Origin: Alphaproteobacteria bacterium
GTDB taxonomy: Bacteria; Pseudomonadota; Alphaproteobacteria; RF32; CAG-239
Length of the DNA stretch: 64,000 bases
NCBI GenBank assembly: GCA_045634545.1
Contig: JAZRAL010000004.1
Coordinates: forward strand, 2,359 to 66,358
Direction of reading: 5' to 3'
Both the position numbers and the translations under genes were made by a program. The notes under the pieces are model-generated. The model saw only the letters and a list, made by a program, of their open reading frames with translations, was not told the DNA's origin and made no database searches. Positions 45,828-55,715 of the stretch are shown piece by piece. Numbering within the stretch: the stretch's first letter is position 1; each line of letters begins with the position of its first letter.

Positions 45828-46295
45828 TTGGGGTATATTAGTGAAATGGAAAATCTTTTAGATATAAGAGATATACATATACCAGATGGAGTTAGTATTT
45901 TTCCACTTGCAAAAGGATGGTGGATGCTAATTATTGGTTTTATTACTTTAATTCTTTTAGCAAAAATGACCTTACACATATTTAAAACAAGTAAAAAATA
46001 TTATGCGCTTAGTCAATTAAAGGCTATTGATATTTCAAAACCGATAGATGCTACTGTTAAAATGTCTGAATTATTAAGAAGAATTTGCAATGTTAAGTAT
46101 AAAGATGCCAGTGTATTATTTGGTAAAGATTGGTTAGATTTTTTAAATAATCACGCGTCTAAGAAGTTATCTAAAAAAGCTTCTGATTTATTGATATACG
46201 CTCCTTTTATTGATAAAAATGATAAAACATATACAAAAAAAGATGCTCTAGCGTTAAAAGAGTTTTGTAAAAATTGGATAGGAGATAATCTATGA
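45828..46295 (+). CDS. DUF4381 family protein (bat operon)
   Basis: IRDIHIP..VSIFPLAKGWW, TM, LLRR, G..WL.FL; start may be ATG 45846. Confidence 0.85.
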   Translation: MGYISEMENLLDIRDIHIPDGVSIFPLAKGWWMLIIGFITLILLAKMTLHIFKTSKKYYALSQLKAIDISKPIDATVKMSELLRRICNVKYKDASVLFGKDWLDFLNNHASKKLSKKASDLLIYAPFIDKNDKTYTKKDALALKEFCKNWIGDNL

Positions 46296-47293
46296 TTGGT
46301 TTTGCTTATCCTTTTTTGCTTTTATTAATTTTTCTACCTTTTGTTTGTTTTGCAATATTTCCCCCTATAAAAAACGCACTAGGAAGCGCTATTCTTGTTC
46401 CTTTTATTGATGATATAAAAAATATAAAAAACAAAGTTGGTGGAAGAGGATATAATTTGCTAAGCAACAATTTTATGAAAACCTTGAAGTTTTTATATTT
46501 GTTCTGTATCTGGTGCTTACTTGTTATTGGAGTTGCTAGACCTCAATTTGTAGGAGAACCTTATAGATTAAAAACAGAAAACAGAGATATTATGCTTGTT
46601 ATAGATATATCTACTTCTATGTTGCAACCTGATTTTGCTACCAAGAGACAGAGAATTGATAGACTAACAGCTGTCAAACTGGTTGTTGGTGACTTTATTG
46701 AGAAGAGAACAGAAGATAAAATTGGTTTAATTTTATTTGGAACAAGAGCTTATTTGCAATCTCCTCTTACTTTTGACAAGGTTGCTGTTAAAGATATTTT
46801 ATATAATACTGATGCTGGAATGGCTGGAAACTCTACATCTATTGGTGATGCTTTAGGTATTGCGTTAAAGAACTTAAAAGATGATAAAAACAAACAAAAC
46901 AAAGTTATTATTTTGCTTTCTGATGGTGAAAGTAATGATGGCTCTCTTAGTATGGCTGAAGCTATCTCTTTGGCAGAAAAAGAAGGTATAAAAGTATACA
47001 CAATCGGCGTTGGAAGCGAAGCTAGTTTTATGGGGTCTATTTTTGGTATAAGAAATAATAGTTTTGATGAAAAAGGGTTAAAAGAGTTAGCAAACAGAAC
47101 TAAAGGAAATTATTTTAAAGCAACGGATTTATCAAGTTTACAAAATATATATCAAAAAATTGATGCATTAGAACCAATTAATAACGAGGGCTCTATTGTT
47201 CAAGAAAAAAGAGATTTGTTTTATATTCCTGTTATAATTGCTCTATTTTTGGCTATGTTTCTTTTGTTTTTACCAAGGAGTGTTTTAAAATGA
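46292..47293 (+). CDS. batA: VWA-domain protein BatA
   Basis: ARPQFVG, MIDAS DISTSM, GLILFG..AY..SPLT.D, TSIGDA, LSDG. Confidence 0.9.
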   Translation: MIGFAYPFLLLLIFLPFVCFAIFPPIKNALGSAILVPFIDDIKNIKNKVGGRGYNLLSNNFMKTLKFLYLFCIWCLLVIGVARPQFVGEPYRLKTENRDIMLVIDISTSMLQPDFATKRQRIDRLTAVKLVVGDFIEKRTEDKIGLILFGTRAYLQSPLTFDKVAVKDILYNTDAGMAGNSTSIGDALGIALKNLKDDKNKQNKVIILLSDGESNDGSLSMAEAISLAEKEGIKVYTIGVGSEASFMGSIFGIRNNSFDEKGLKELANRTKGNYFKATDLSSLQNIYQKIDALEPINNEGSIVQEKRDLFYIPVIIALFLAMFLLFLPRSVLK

Positions 47294-49227
47294 TTGAATT
47301 TTTGAATAATTTTCATTTTTTAAGACCTTGGTGTTTGCTTTTTTTATTAATACCTTTTGTGTTGTATTTAAAAAAAATAAACATAAGAAACTCTGTTTCT
47401 TCATGGGAAGATATTTGTGATAAAAATTTATTTAAGTTTTTATCTGTAAATAACGGAAAATCTAAAAAGAAAAATCTAAAAAAATATATTTATATTGCTC
47501 TTTTATTTTCATCAATTGCTGCAGCGGGTCCCTCTTGGAAAAAGATTGAAATCCCTTCATTTACAATAGAAAATCCTAACTTTTTTATCTTAAGTATGAC
47601 AAATGATATGTCTAGAAACGATATAAAGCCAACAAGATTGGATAGAGCAAAATATCTGATGTCTGATATTGTTGATGAAGTTAAACAAGGACAGTTTGGT
47701 TTGGAGGTTTATTCTGATGAACCTTTTGTTATATCTCCAATAACAGATGATGCTAACTTAATTAAAAACTTATTATTACAAGTAAATTTAGATATTATGC
47801 CAAGCTCTGGAGATAGGCTTGATAGAGCTATTGATTTAGCTATAAATAAGTTTAAGGATGCTAAATATTCTAATGGTAATATAATATTATTTGCTTCAGA
47901 TGTTGGCCAACGTTTTGATTTAGCCTTAAAACACGTTGAAAAAGCAAAAAAACTAAATTATGTAATAAATGTTATAGATACATCTTATAATGGTAATGAA
48001 AAACTTAAAATTTTAGCAGAAAAAGGTGATGGTGTTTATTTAAAAATAAGAGAAAATAATATTATGCCCTTAGTAAATAAGCTTAATGATATTAACACTG
48101 AAAAAGCTAAATTAAGTCAAAATTTGCGTTCTAATTATGAGGATTTTGGATATTATTTATTAATTATCCCGCTTATTTCAGTTTTAATGTTTTTCCGCAA
48201 AGGTTTTTTTGTAATTTTGCTATTATTTTCTTTTAATGCAGAAGCAGGATTTTGGAAAAACAATAACCAAGAAGGTTATAATTTATTTAAGCAAGAAAAC
48301 TTTGATGAAGCTAGCAAAAAATTTGAAGACCATTTATGGAAATCTATTGCTTTATATAAATTAGAAAACTTTGAAGAAGCATTAAAAGAATTAGAAAACG
48401 AAGATAATGAAATAGCTCTATATAACAAAGGAGTTATATTGGCAAAACTTTGTAAATATGAAGAAGCAAAAAACACCTTTATAGACGTTATAAAAATTAA
48501 CCCAAATAATGAGGATGCAAAACACAATTTAGCTGTTATAGATGATTTATTTACTAAAGCAAAGGAAAATCCATCTGTTTTAGAATGTAACAATCAGCAA
48601 CAAAACAACAAACAAAACCAGTCTAACAATCAAGAAAACAATAAAGATAAGCAAGAGCAACAATCTTCTTCGGATAACAATAAAGAACAAAGCTCTAACT
48701 CTCAAGATGAGAATAAAAAACAAAATAAGGAACAAGAAAACAGCGAACAAAACAACAAAAACGAACAACAGAAAGAAAAACAAGAAAGCTCAGAGCTTGA
48801 TGAAAACACCAATAAAGAAAATTCGAAACCAAAAGAGGATAATCAAAACTCTCAAGAATCTGATAATAAAGAAAAACAAGATAATGAAAATAAAGAAAAC
48901 TCGAAAGAAAATAGCGATAAAGAATCTAAAGAAAATCAAAACAAAAATAATAGCAATGATGAAGCTGATAGCGACAAAACAGAAGGCCAGAGCAAGGAGA
49001 ACAATAATAATAACAACGAACAAAACAAGGAAAATTCAGAACAAGAAGGTCAGCAAGATGTTTCTGTTGTTAATGCAAAAGAAGGTAGTAAAGATGATGA
49101 ATATGACGAAGAAGCCTTAATAATGCAAAGACGATATAGAGATATACCTGAAGATGTTGGTGGATTACTTAGAGAGTTTATAAAAAAAGAATATATTAAG
49201 GATAGGTATAAAAATGAAATTAACTAG
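47290..49227 (+). CDS. BatB/BatC-like VWA + TPR protein with long low-complexity tail
   Basis: HFLRPW, AAAGPSW, degenerate VWA, TPRs (YNKG, DAKHNL), Q/N/E/K tail, RDIPEDVGGLLR. Confidence 0.88.
   Translation: MIEFLNNFHFLRPWCLLFLLIPFVLYLKKINIRNSVSSWEDICDKNLFKFLSVNNGKSKKKNLKKYIYIALLFSSIAAAGPSWKKIEIPSFTIENPNFFILSMTNDMSRNDIKPTRLDRAKYLMSDIVDEVKQGQFGLEVYSDEPFVISPITDDANLIKNLLLQVNLDIMPSSGDRLDRAIDLAINKFKDAKYSNGNIILFASDVGQRFDLALKHVEKAKKLNYVINVIDTSYNGNEKLKILAEKGDGVYLKIRENNIMPLVNKLNDINTEKAKLSQNLRSNYEDFGYYLLIIPLISVLMFFRKGFFVILLLFSFNAEAGFWKNNNQEGYNLFKQENFDEASKKFEDHLWKSIALYKLENFEEALKELENEDNEIALYNKGVILAKLCKYEEAKNTFIDVIKINPNNEDAKHNLAVIDDLFTKAKENPSVLECNNQQQNNKQNQSNNQENNKDKQEQQSSSDNNKEQSSNSQDENKKQNKEQENSEQNNKNEQQKEKQESSELDENTNKENSKPKEDNQNSQESDNKEKQDNENKENSKENSDKESKENQNKNNSNDEADSDKTEGQSKENNNNNNEQNKENSEQEGQQDVSVVNAKEGSKDDEYDEEALIMQRRYRDIPEDVGGLLREFIKKEYIKDRYKNEIN
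48590..49060 (+). repeat. Low-complexity Q/N/E/K/S-rich coding tract (about 155 aa)
   Basis: NNQQQNNKQNQSNNQENNKDKQEQQ...; A-rich, imperfect short repeats. Confidence 0.85.
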
Positions 49228-50941
49228 ATGTGTTTGTTTTTTTGTTTTGTTATTTTTTTCCTCTGTTGCTTTAGGGGATACTCTTGATGTTAGCTTAAAT
49301 AAAAAAATAGTAACTGAGGGTGACACTATTCTCTTAACTATTGAATATAAAGGTGAGAAAAATGAAGAACCTGATTTAAGTAGTTTACAAGACGATTTTC
49401 AGATTGTTTCTAACTCAAAATCTAGTCAAATAAATTATATTAATGGTGTTATTTCTAGTTCAAAAAAATGGACTATTGGTTTAAGACCTTTAAAAAAAGG
49501 AAAAATAACTATTAAACCTATAAAACTTAGCGGTCTTACTTCTAATTACACTGAAGTTGAAGTAAAAGAAATGTCTGATGTTGCCTATATTCCTGACAGT
49601 AAGACAAATTTTAATGCACCATATTTTAAGTTAGAACAATTTTTTGATAAGAATGATGTTTATTTACACGAACAAATTATATTAAATCTTACTTTATATG
49701 ATAGTTTAGGATTAAGAGATGGTGTTATCAACCTGAGTGAAAAGTCAAAAAATGATTGGGTTGTTATACCTTTATCTAGCACTCCTATAAAGAGTGAAGA
49801 CGTAATAAATGGTAAAAAGATGTTTTTATCTACCCTTGTTTATGCTATTTTTCCTCAAAAAAGTGGTAACATAAAAGCCCCGGAATTTACATTTGATGGA
49901 TATTATTTGAAGCATATCACTTCTCCGTTTACAGATTTTGGTGATGATTTTATGATGCTTGGGGTAGATTTTAGAGGAGCTTTTGGTGAAAAAGAATCTG
50001 TTAAAATGAAAACAAAACCTCAAACACTTATAGTAAAACCAAATATTGACAGTATTTCTTTAAAAAATTGGATGCCTTTAACTAATTTAACCGCTAAGGC
50101 TTATTTATCTAATGAAAAAGAATTTAAGGTTGGCGATGCATTTAATTATGTGGTTGAAATTAAGGCTAGTGGTATAAGCAAAGACTTGTTTCCTGATATA
50201 GAATTTCCAAACTCAGATGGATTAAAAATGTATCCTGAAAAACCTCAATATAATGAGGTATTTGTTGATGGAAGTATTGTTACTACTGCTGTTTATAATA
50301 TTGTTTATATTCCAACAAAATATGGCAAAGTATCTATTTTACCAATAAACATCCAGTGGTTTAATTTAAATAACCATAAAGAAGAAATATACAAAATTAA
50401 TGGGGTTGATATATTTGTTAAACCAAACAATATCACACAAAGCACTGACTTTGATAATGATTTTGTAAACAATGACACAAATATAGAAAAAAATAATGAT
50501 ATTGAAAAAGCTAATGATATCATCAAAGAAAAGCTAAATCTTGTAAAATACCTAAGAGAAATTGCTTTGGGAGGAATAGGACTTGTTCTTCTTATTATTT
50601 TAATTTTTATATTAAATAAAAATAGAAAAAATAAAAAATCTTACTCTAAAAATGTTATAAATGCGATTTATAAATATGACTATGCATTGGCAAAAAGTTG
50701 TCTTTTAGAATGGGCAAAAAATAAATATCATGACGAAGAAATAAAGAATTTTATGATGATTTCTAAATATACAAATAACACAAATTTTGAAAAACAATTA
50801 GACATATTAAATAAATTATTGTATTCTAATAATGAGGATGGCTTTGATTCTCAAAAATTTGTAAAATTGTTCAAAGAAGTTGATAAAATAAAAGTTGTTA
50901 AAAGCAAAAAACAGGACGTTTTACCAAATCTTTACAAATAA
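49214..50941 (+). CDS. batD: BatD family protein
   Basis: Signal peptide, PDLSSL..DF, QINYING, LKMYPEKP, WFN; C-terminal TM; position in the bat cluster. Confidence 0.85.
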   Translation: MKLTRCVCFFVLLFFSSVALGDTLDVSLNKKIVTEGDTILLTIEYKGEKNEEPDLSSLQDDFQIVSNSKSSQINYINGVISSSKKWTIGLRPLKKGKITIKPIKLSGLTSNYTEVEVKEMSDVAYIPDSKTNFNAPYFKLEQFFDKNDVYLHEQIILNLTLYDSLGLRDGVINLSEKSKNDWVVIPLSSTPIKSEDVINGKKMFLSTLVYAIFPQKSGNIKAPEFTFDGYYLKHITSPFTDFGDDFMMLGVDFRGAFGEKESVKMKTKPQTLIVKPNIDSISLKNWMPLTNLTAKAYLSNEKEFKVGDAFNYVVEIKASGISKDLFPDIEFPNSDGLKMYPEKPQYNEVFVDGSIVTTAVYNIVYIPTKYGKVSILPINIQWFNLNNHKEEIYKINGVDIFVKPNNITQSTDFDNDFVNNDTNIEKNNDIEKANDIIKEKLNLVKYLREIALGGIGLVLLIILIFILNKNRKNKKSYSKNVINAIYKYDYALAKSCLLEWAKNKYHDEEIKNFMMISKYTNNTNFEKQLDILNKLLYSNNEDGFDSQKFVKLFKEVDKIKVVKSKKQDVLPNLYK

Positions 50942-50983
50942 TATGCATTTTATTTGTATAAGAAATTTTGATATGAGGTTTAT

Positions 50984-51817
50984 ATGCTTTGGGTTAAAAG
51001 AATTGTTTGTGGAATTATAGCTTTATGTTTGCTTTGTGGTGGAATAAAGTTATTTAGCTTTAATTCTTATGTTCTTCAAATTATAGCTTTTTGCCTGATA
51101 ATAATGGGAATTGCCTTAAGTTACATTGCTATTATACAGAGAATGCCTAAATATAATTTTTGGATTACTCTTGTTGCTCTTGGTTTGGGTTTTGCTTTGT
51201 TTGCGCCTAATAACTTTATCATAAATAATACTAAAAAAATTCCCAACAAGCCTAATAAATCCTTTGAAAAGAAATCAGCAATAAATGAAAAAAAAATAAA
51301 TAAAAAAAGCCCTGAATTTAAATTTGCTGGATATCCTAAAATTTCGGGACAAATTGATGTAATTAATGCAAACTTATTTTATATCAACGGACGATATGTT
51401 AGACTTTATGGGGTTGACTCTCCTGATAACGATCAAATTTGTTCTGATGCAAGAGAAAGCTCTTATAATTGTGGAGAAGAAGCTGTCTCTTGGGTTAGGA
51501 ACTGGATTGATGACAACTATATTGATTGTTACTTATTAAAGGTAACCCCTAACGCAACTGATATCGGGGTCTGTGTATGGGGGCAATACGATATTGGTGA
51601 AGCAATTGTAAAATCTGGTTGGGGACTTGCAAATACTGATGAGACAAAGATGTATGCACACCAAGAAGCAAAAGCGAGAAAATCTTTATCAGGATTGTGG
51701 CAAGGTAGTTTTTATACTCCTGAAGACTGGCGAAAAATAAAAAAAGATACGCATAATTTTAAAATAAAACGTAAAAAAAGTTTTGGTAGTTTTTTTAACT
51801 TTGGCTCATTGTTTTAG
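50984..51817 (+). CDS. Membrane-anchored thermonuclease (SNase)-fold protein
   Basis: Three TM segments, then VRLYGVDSPD..Q.C, Y.CG, IVKSGWG, A....GLWQG.F..P..WR. Confidence 0.8.
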   Translation: MLWVKRIVCGIIALCLLCGGIKLFSFNSYVLQIIAFCLIIMGIALSYIAIIQRMPKYNFWITLVALGLGFALFAPNNFIINNTKKIPNKPNKSFEKKSAINEKKINKKSPEFKFAGYPKISGQIDVINANLFYINGRYVRLYGVDSPDNDQICSDARESSYNCGEEAVSWVRNWIDDNYIDCYLLKVTPNATDIGVCVWGQYDIGEAIVKSGWGLANTDETKMYAHQEAKARKSLSGLWQGSFYTPEDWRKIKKDTHNFKIKRKKSFGSFFNFGSLF

Positions 51818-51825
51818 GTTTTAAC

Positions 51826-52287
51826 ATGATTTACAAAAAAGAATTTATATGCAAAACAGAAAATGACACTAAAAAGCTAGCAGAAAACTTTGCTAAAATC
51901 GCACAAAAAGGTGATATTTTCGCGCTCTTTGGCACTCTTGGTGTTGGAAAAAGTTGTTTTTCTAGATATTTTATAAAATCTATTGTTGATGTAAATGATG
52001 TACCTAGTCCAACATTTACACTTGTGCAAACATATGATGCTGATGATTTTGTTGTTTACCACTATGATATGTATAGATTAAAAACTCCTGATGAGGCTTA
52101 TGAACTTGGAGTAGAAGATAGTTTTTATGATGGTGTTAACCTTATTGAATGGCCTGAAAAGATAGAATATATTTTACCTAAAAAATCATGGAAAATACAT
52201 ATAAAGGTTGAAGAAAATATTAGATATTTTGAAGTTATTGCACAAACAACAGAACAACAACAAAGATTAGAAAGCATAGAAATATGA
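51826..52287 (+). CDS. tsaE: tRNA t6A ATPase TsaE
   Basis: GTLGVGKS, VPSPTFTLVQ.Y, HYDMYRL, LIEWPE. Confidence 0.95.
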   Translation: MIYKKEFICKTENDTKKLAENFAKIAQKGDIFALFGTLGVGKSCFSRYFIKSIVDVNDVPSPTFTLVQTYDADDFVVYHYDMYRLKTPDEAYELGVEDSFYDGVNLIEWPEKIEYILPKKSWKIHIKVEENIRYFEVIAQTTEQQQRLESIEI

Positions 52288-52709
52288 TAAACATCCATGC
52301 GACATTAATAGATTTTGAAAACAAAGGAATTTTGATTACTGGAAAATCTGGTTGTGGTAAGTCTGATTTAGCTTTGCGTATGATTATGGAAAACAACGCA
52401 AAACTAGTTGCAGATGATAGAGTTAATATTGAAGTTATTGATAATAAAGTTGTTGGTAGTGCACCTATTGAACTTTATAAAAAACTTGAAATTAGAAATG
52501 TTGGAATTGCTTTGATTGACGATATAAAAGAACAATCAAACATCTGCTTATGTGTTGAACTTTGTAAAAACAGAGAAGAACTAGTAAGAATGCCTTGTTT
52601 TGAAAGTATTGATATTTTAAGCATAAGTATTCCTAAGATAAAACTTTATGCTTTTGATTGTTCAACAGTTTGTAAAATTATTCAAAAAATTAGTGGTAAA
52701 TTTATCTAA
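52284..52709 (+). CDS. hprK: Short HPr kinase/phosphorylase (alphaproteobacterial type)
   Basis: IHAT, GILITGKSGCGKSDLAL, LVADDRV, LEIRNVGI. Confidence 0.88.
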   Translation: MINIHATLIDFENKGILITGKSGCGKSDLALRMIMENNAKLVADDRVNIEVIDNKVVGSAPIELYKKLEIRNVGIALIDDIKEQSNICLCVELCKNREELVRMPCFESIDILSISIPKIKLYAFDCSTVCKIIQKISGKFI

Positions 52710-52758
52710 ATGTGATAAATATGTGTATATAAAAATACAATTATAAAGAGGTGTATAC

Positions 52759-53550
52759 ATGATTGGTCGTTTTTTTGAGAACTTTTTAAGGGCTTTAGGT
52801 AGACCTTTGGTTAAATTTTTATCTTCTTTGGGAGATTTTGCTCTTTTTGTTACAAAAGCCTTATATAATTGCTTTGTTCCACCTTTTTATTTTAAATTAT
52901 TTTTCAAACAGGTTTTAGATATTGGTTTTTATTCTCTTCCTGTTGTTGGTTTAACCTCTTTATTTGCTGGTATGGTTATTGCTCTTCAGACATACTCTGG
53001 TTTTACAGGTTTTAAGGCTGAAGGAGTAATTGCTTCTGTTGTTTTGATTTCTGTAACAAGAGAGCTTGCTCCTGTTTTGTCTGGTTTGATGGTTGCTGGT
53101 AGAATTGGTGCTGCCATGGCCGCTGAAATTGGGACAATGAGAGTTACTGAACAAATTGATGCATTAGTTACTTTATCTACTAATCCATTTAAATATCTTG
53201 TGGCGCCTCGTTTATGGGCCGGAATTATTGTTTTGCCTATTCTTGTTTTTATTGGTGATATAATTGGTATTTTTGGTGGATATGTTGTTGGCGTTCATAA
53301 GCTTGGTTTTAATGCAGCAAATTATATTACAGCGACTTTTCAAGATTTGCAATTAATAGGTATTATATCTGGTTTAGTTAAAGCGGCTGTTTTTGGTTTT
53401 ATCATTTCTATGATGGGGTGTTATAATGGTTATAAATCAAAAGGTGGCGCTCAAGGAGTTGGAACAGCAACAACTAATGCCGTTGTGTCTTCTTCTATTT
53501 TGATTTTAATATTCAACTACTTAATTACAGAAATGTTCTTTTCTAGATAA
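52759..53550 (+). CDS. mlaE: MlaE family ABC permease
   Basis: SLPVVGLT, RELAPVL, AGRIGAAMAAEIGTMRVTEQIDAL. Confidence 0.95.
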   Translation: MIGRFFENFLRALGRPLVKFLSSLGDFALFVTKALYNCFVPPFYFKLFFKQVLDIGFYSLPVVGLTSLFAGMVIALQTYSGFTGFKAEGVIASVVLISVTRELAPVLSGLMVAGRIGAAMAAEIGTMRVTEQIDALVTLSTNPFKYLVAPRLWAGIIVLPILVFIGDIIGIFGGYVVGVHKLGFNAANYITATFQDLQLIGIISGLVKAAVFGFIISMMGCYNGYKSKGGAQGVGTATTNAVVSSSILILIFNYLITEMFFSR

Positions 53551-53562
53551 ACGAGGATTGAT

Positions 53563-54330
53563 ATGTCTAAAGAAATTAAGATAAAAATTCGCAACCTTTA
53601 TAAAGCTTTTGGAAAAAAACAGGTTTTAAACGGTGTTGACCTAGATTTGTATAAAGGTGAATCCTTAGTTGTGATTGGTGGCTCAGGAACAGGAAAATCG
53701 GTTTTAATTAAATGTATTCAAGGCCTGCTTACCCCAGATGCTGGTTCAATTGAAATTGATGGTGTAGAAATCATTAATGAAGATTCTGAGTTAATTGAAA
53801 ACATGCATAGCAAAATGGGTATGCTTTTTCAAGGTGGGGCATTATTTGATAGCCTTAAAGTGTGGGAAAATGTTGCTTTTGATTTAATTCAAAATAGAGG
53901 TATGAGAAAAAAAGAAGCTAAAATTGTAGCTATAAAGGTTTTAAGACAAGTTGGATTAGGTTCTGATATTGCTGATTTGTATCCTTCTGAACTTTCTGGT
54001 GGTATGCAAAAGCGTGTAGGACTTGCAAGAGCTGTTATTACTAAACCTGAAATTATCTTTTTTGATGAACCTACAACAGGTTTAGACCCGATTATGGCTG
54101 ATGTTATTAATGATTTGATTATTGAGTCTGCTAAAGATTTAGGTGCAACAACTCTAACCATTACACACGATATGGCTTCTGCTAGAAAAATAGCAGACAA
54201 AATTGCAATGCTTTATAATGGAAAGATTATTTGGTATGGATCAGTTAAAGAGTTGGATAAAACTGACAATCCATACGTTAAACAATTTATAAAAGGCTCT
54301 TCTAAAGGACCTATTACAGTGGAGAAATAG
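53563..54330 (+). CDS. mlaF: MlaF family ABC ATPase
   Basis: GGSGTGKS, LFQGGALFDS, LSGGMQKR, FFDEPTTGLDP. Confidence 0.93.
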   Translation: MSKEIKIKIRNLYKAFGKKQVLNGVDLDLYKGESLVVIGGSGTGKSVLIKCIQGLLTPDAGSIEIDGVEIINEDSELIENMHSKMGMLFQGGALFDSLKVWENVAFDLIQNRGMRKKEAKIVAIKVLRQVGLGSDIADLYPSELSGGMQKRVGLARAVITKPEIIFFDEPTTGLDPIMADVINDLIIESAKDLGATTLTITHDMASARKIADKIAMLYNGKIIWYGSVKELDKTDNPYVKQFIKGSSKGPITVEK

Positions 54331-54331
54331 A

Positions 54332-55705
54332 ATGGCTAGAAAAAACTCAGTAGATTTTGTTTGCCAATCATGTGGTTCTGTTTATCCTAAATGGCAAGGA
54401 AAGTGTGATGCTTGCGGTGAGTGGAACACAATTATTGAAGAAAAAAAATCCACCGCTGAGTTTTCTAACATTTCACAAAAAAAACAAGGCAATCAGATAG
54501 ATTTTGTATCTTTAGACGGAGAAAGTCAAACATACCAGAGGCTTATTACTAATTTATCTGAAATTAATAGAGTTTCGGGTGGTGGATTAGTTCCGGGGTC
54601 GGTTATTTTGGTTGGTGGTGACCCTGGCATTGGTAAATCTACTCTATTATTGCAAGTATGCGCAGGTATGGCCAATAAATTAAAAGATAATAGTTGTTTT
54701 TATATTTCTGGTGAAGAAGCTATTGACCAAGTTAGAATTAGAGCTAAAAGACTTGGTTTAGCTGATAGTCCTGTTAGGCTTGCAAGTACAACAAGTGTTA
54801 AAGATATTATTGCAACTCTTGAAAAAGAAAATCCATCTCTTGTTATTATTGACTCTATTCAAACAATGTATCTTGAAGAGGTAGAATCAACACCTGGTAG
54901 TGTTGCTCAAGTAAGGGCTTGCGCATATGAATTAATTAAAATAGCAAAAAGAAAAGGATTTACTTTGTTTTTGGTTGGCCATGTTACAAAACAAGGAGCT
55001 ATTGCAGGACCTAGAGTTTTAGAACACATGGTTGATACCGTTCTTTATTTTGAAGGAGATAGAGGACATCATTTTAGAATACTTAGAGCTGTAAAAAACA
55101 GATATGGCGCAACTGATGAAATAGGTGTTTTTGAAATGCAAGACACAGGTCTTGTTGAGGTTGAGAATCCATCTGCTTTATTTTTAGCAGAAAGACAAGG
55201 CTGTGTTTCTGGTTCTTGTGTTTTTGCTGGTATCGAAGGTTCTAGACCTGTACTTGTTGAAATTCAAGCGCTTGTTGGAAATAGCGGATATAATGGTGCC
55301 AAAAGAGCTGTTGTAGGTTGGGACTCTGGTAGACTTGCGATGATTTTAGCTGTATTAGAGGCAAGATGTGGCATGAACTTTAGCAACCATGATGTTTATC
55401 TAAATATTGCGGGTGGGCTAAAAATTTCTGAACCGGCAGCTGATTTGGCGGTTGCTATGGCTGTTATATCATCTTTAACAAATAAACCTTTACCATCTGA
55501 TATGGTTGTTTTTGGTGAGATAGGATTGTCTGGTGAGATAAGAGCCGTTAGTCAACCAAACTTGCGCTTAAAAGAAGCTCAAAAGCTTGGTTTCACTAAT
55601 GCTATTATTCCTCATTCTTTTAGTGATAAAAAGCAAAAAATTATTACTAATATGTCTTATCATGAGATTGGCAATGTTCAACGTTTGATATCGAGATTTA
55701 ATTAA
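54332..55705 (+). CDS. radA: DNA repair protein RadA/Sms
   Basis: CQSC...CDAC zinc finger, GGDPGIGKS, IDSIQT, KNRYG, Lon-like C-terminus. Confidence 0.98.
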   Translation: MARKNSVDFVCQSCGSVYPKWQGKCDACGEWNTIIEEKKSTAEFSNISQKKQGNQIDFVSLDGESQTYQRLITNLSEINRVSGGGLVPGSVILVGGDPGIGKSTLLLQVCAGMANKLKDNSCFYISGEEAIDQVRIRAKRLGLADSPVRLASTTSVKDIIATLEKENPSLVIIDSIQTMYLEEVESTPGSVAQVRACAYELIKIAKRKGFTLFLVGHVTKQGAIAGPRVLEHMVDTVLYFEGDRGHHFRILRAVKNRYGATDEIGVFEMQDTGLVEVENPSALFLAERQGCVSGSCVFAGIEGSRPVLVEIQALVGNSGYNGAKRAVVGWDSGRLAMILAVLEARCGMNFSNHDVYLNIAGGLKISEPAADLAVAMAVISSLTNKPLPSDMVVFGEIGLSGEIRAVSQPNLRLKEAQKLGFTNAIIPHSFSDKKQKIITNMSYHEIGNVQRLISRFN

Positions 55706-55715
55706 GGAGATTAAT

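Noticed and set aside
48580-49120. Overlapping alternative-frame ORFs and possible CRISPR/VNTR-like periodicity
   Set aside because: Products of the A-rich low-complexity tract; no constant repeat or spacer unit.
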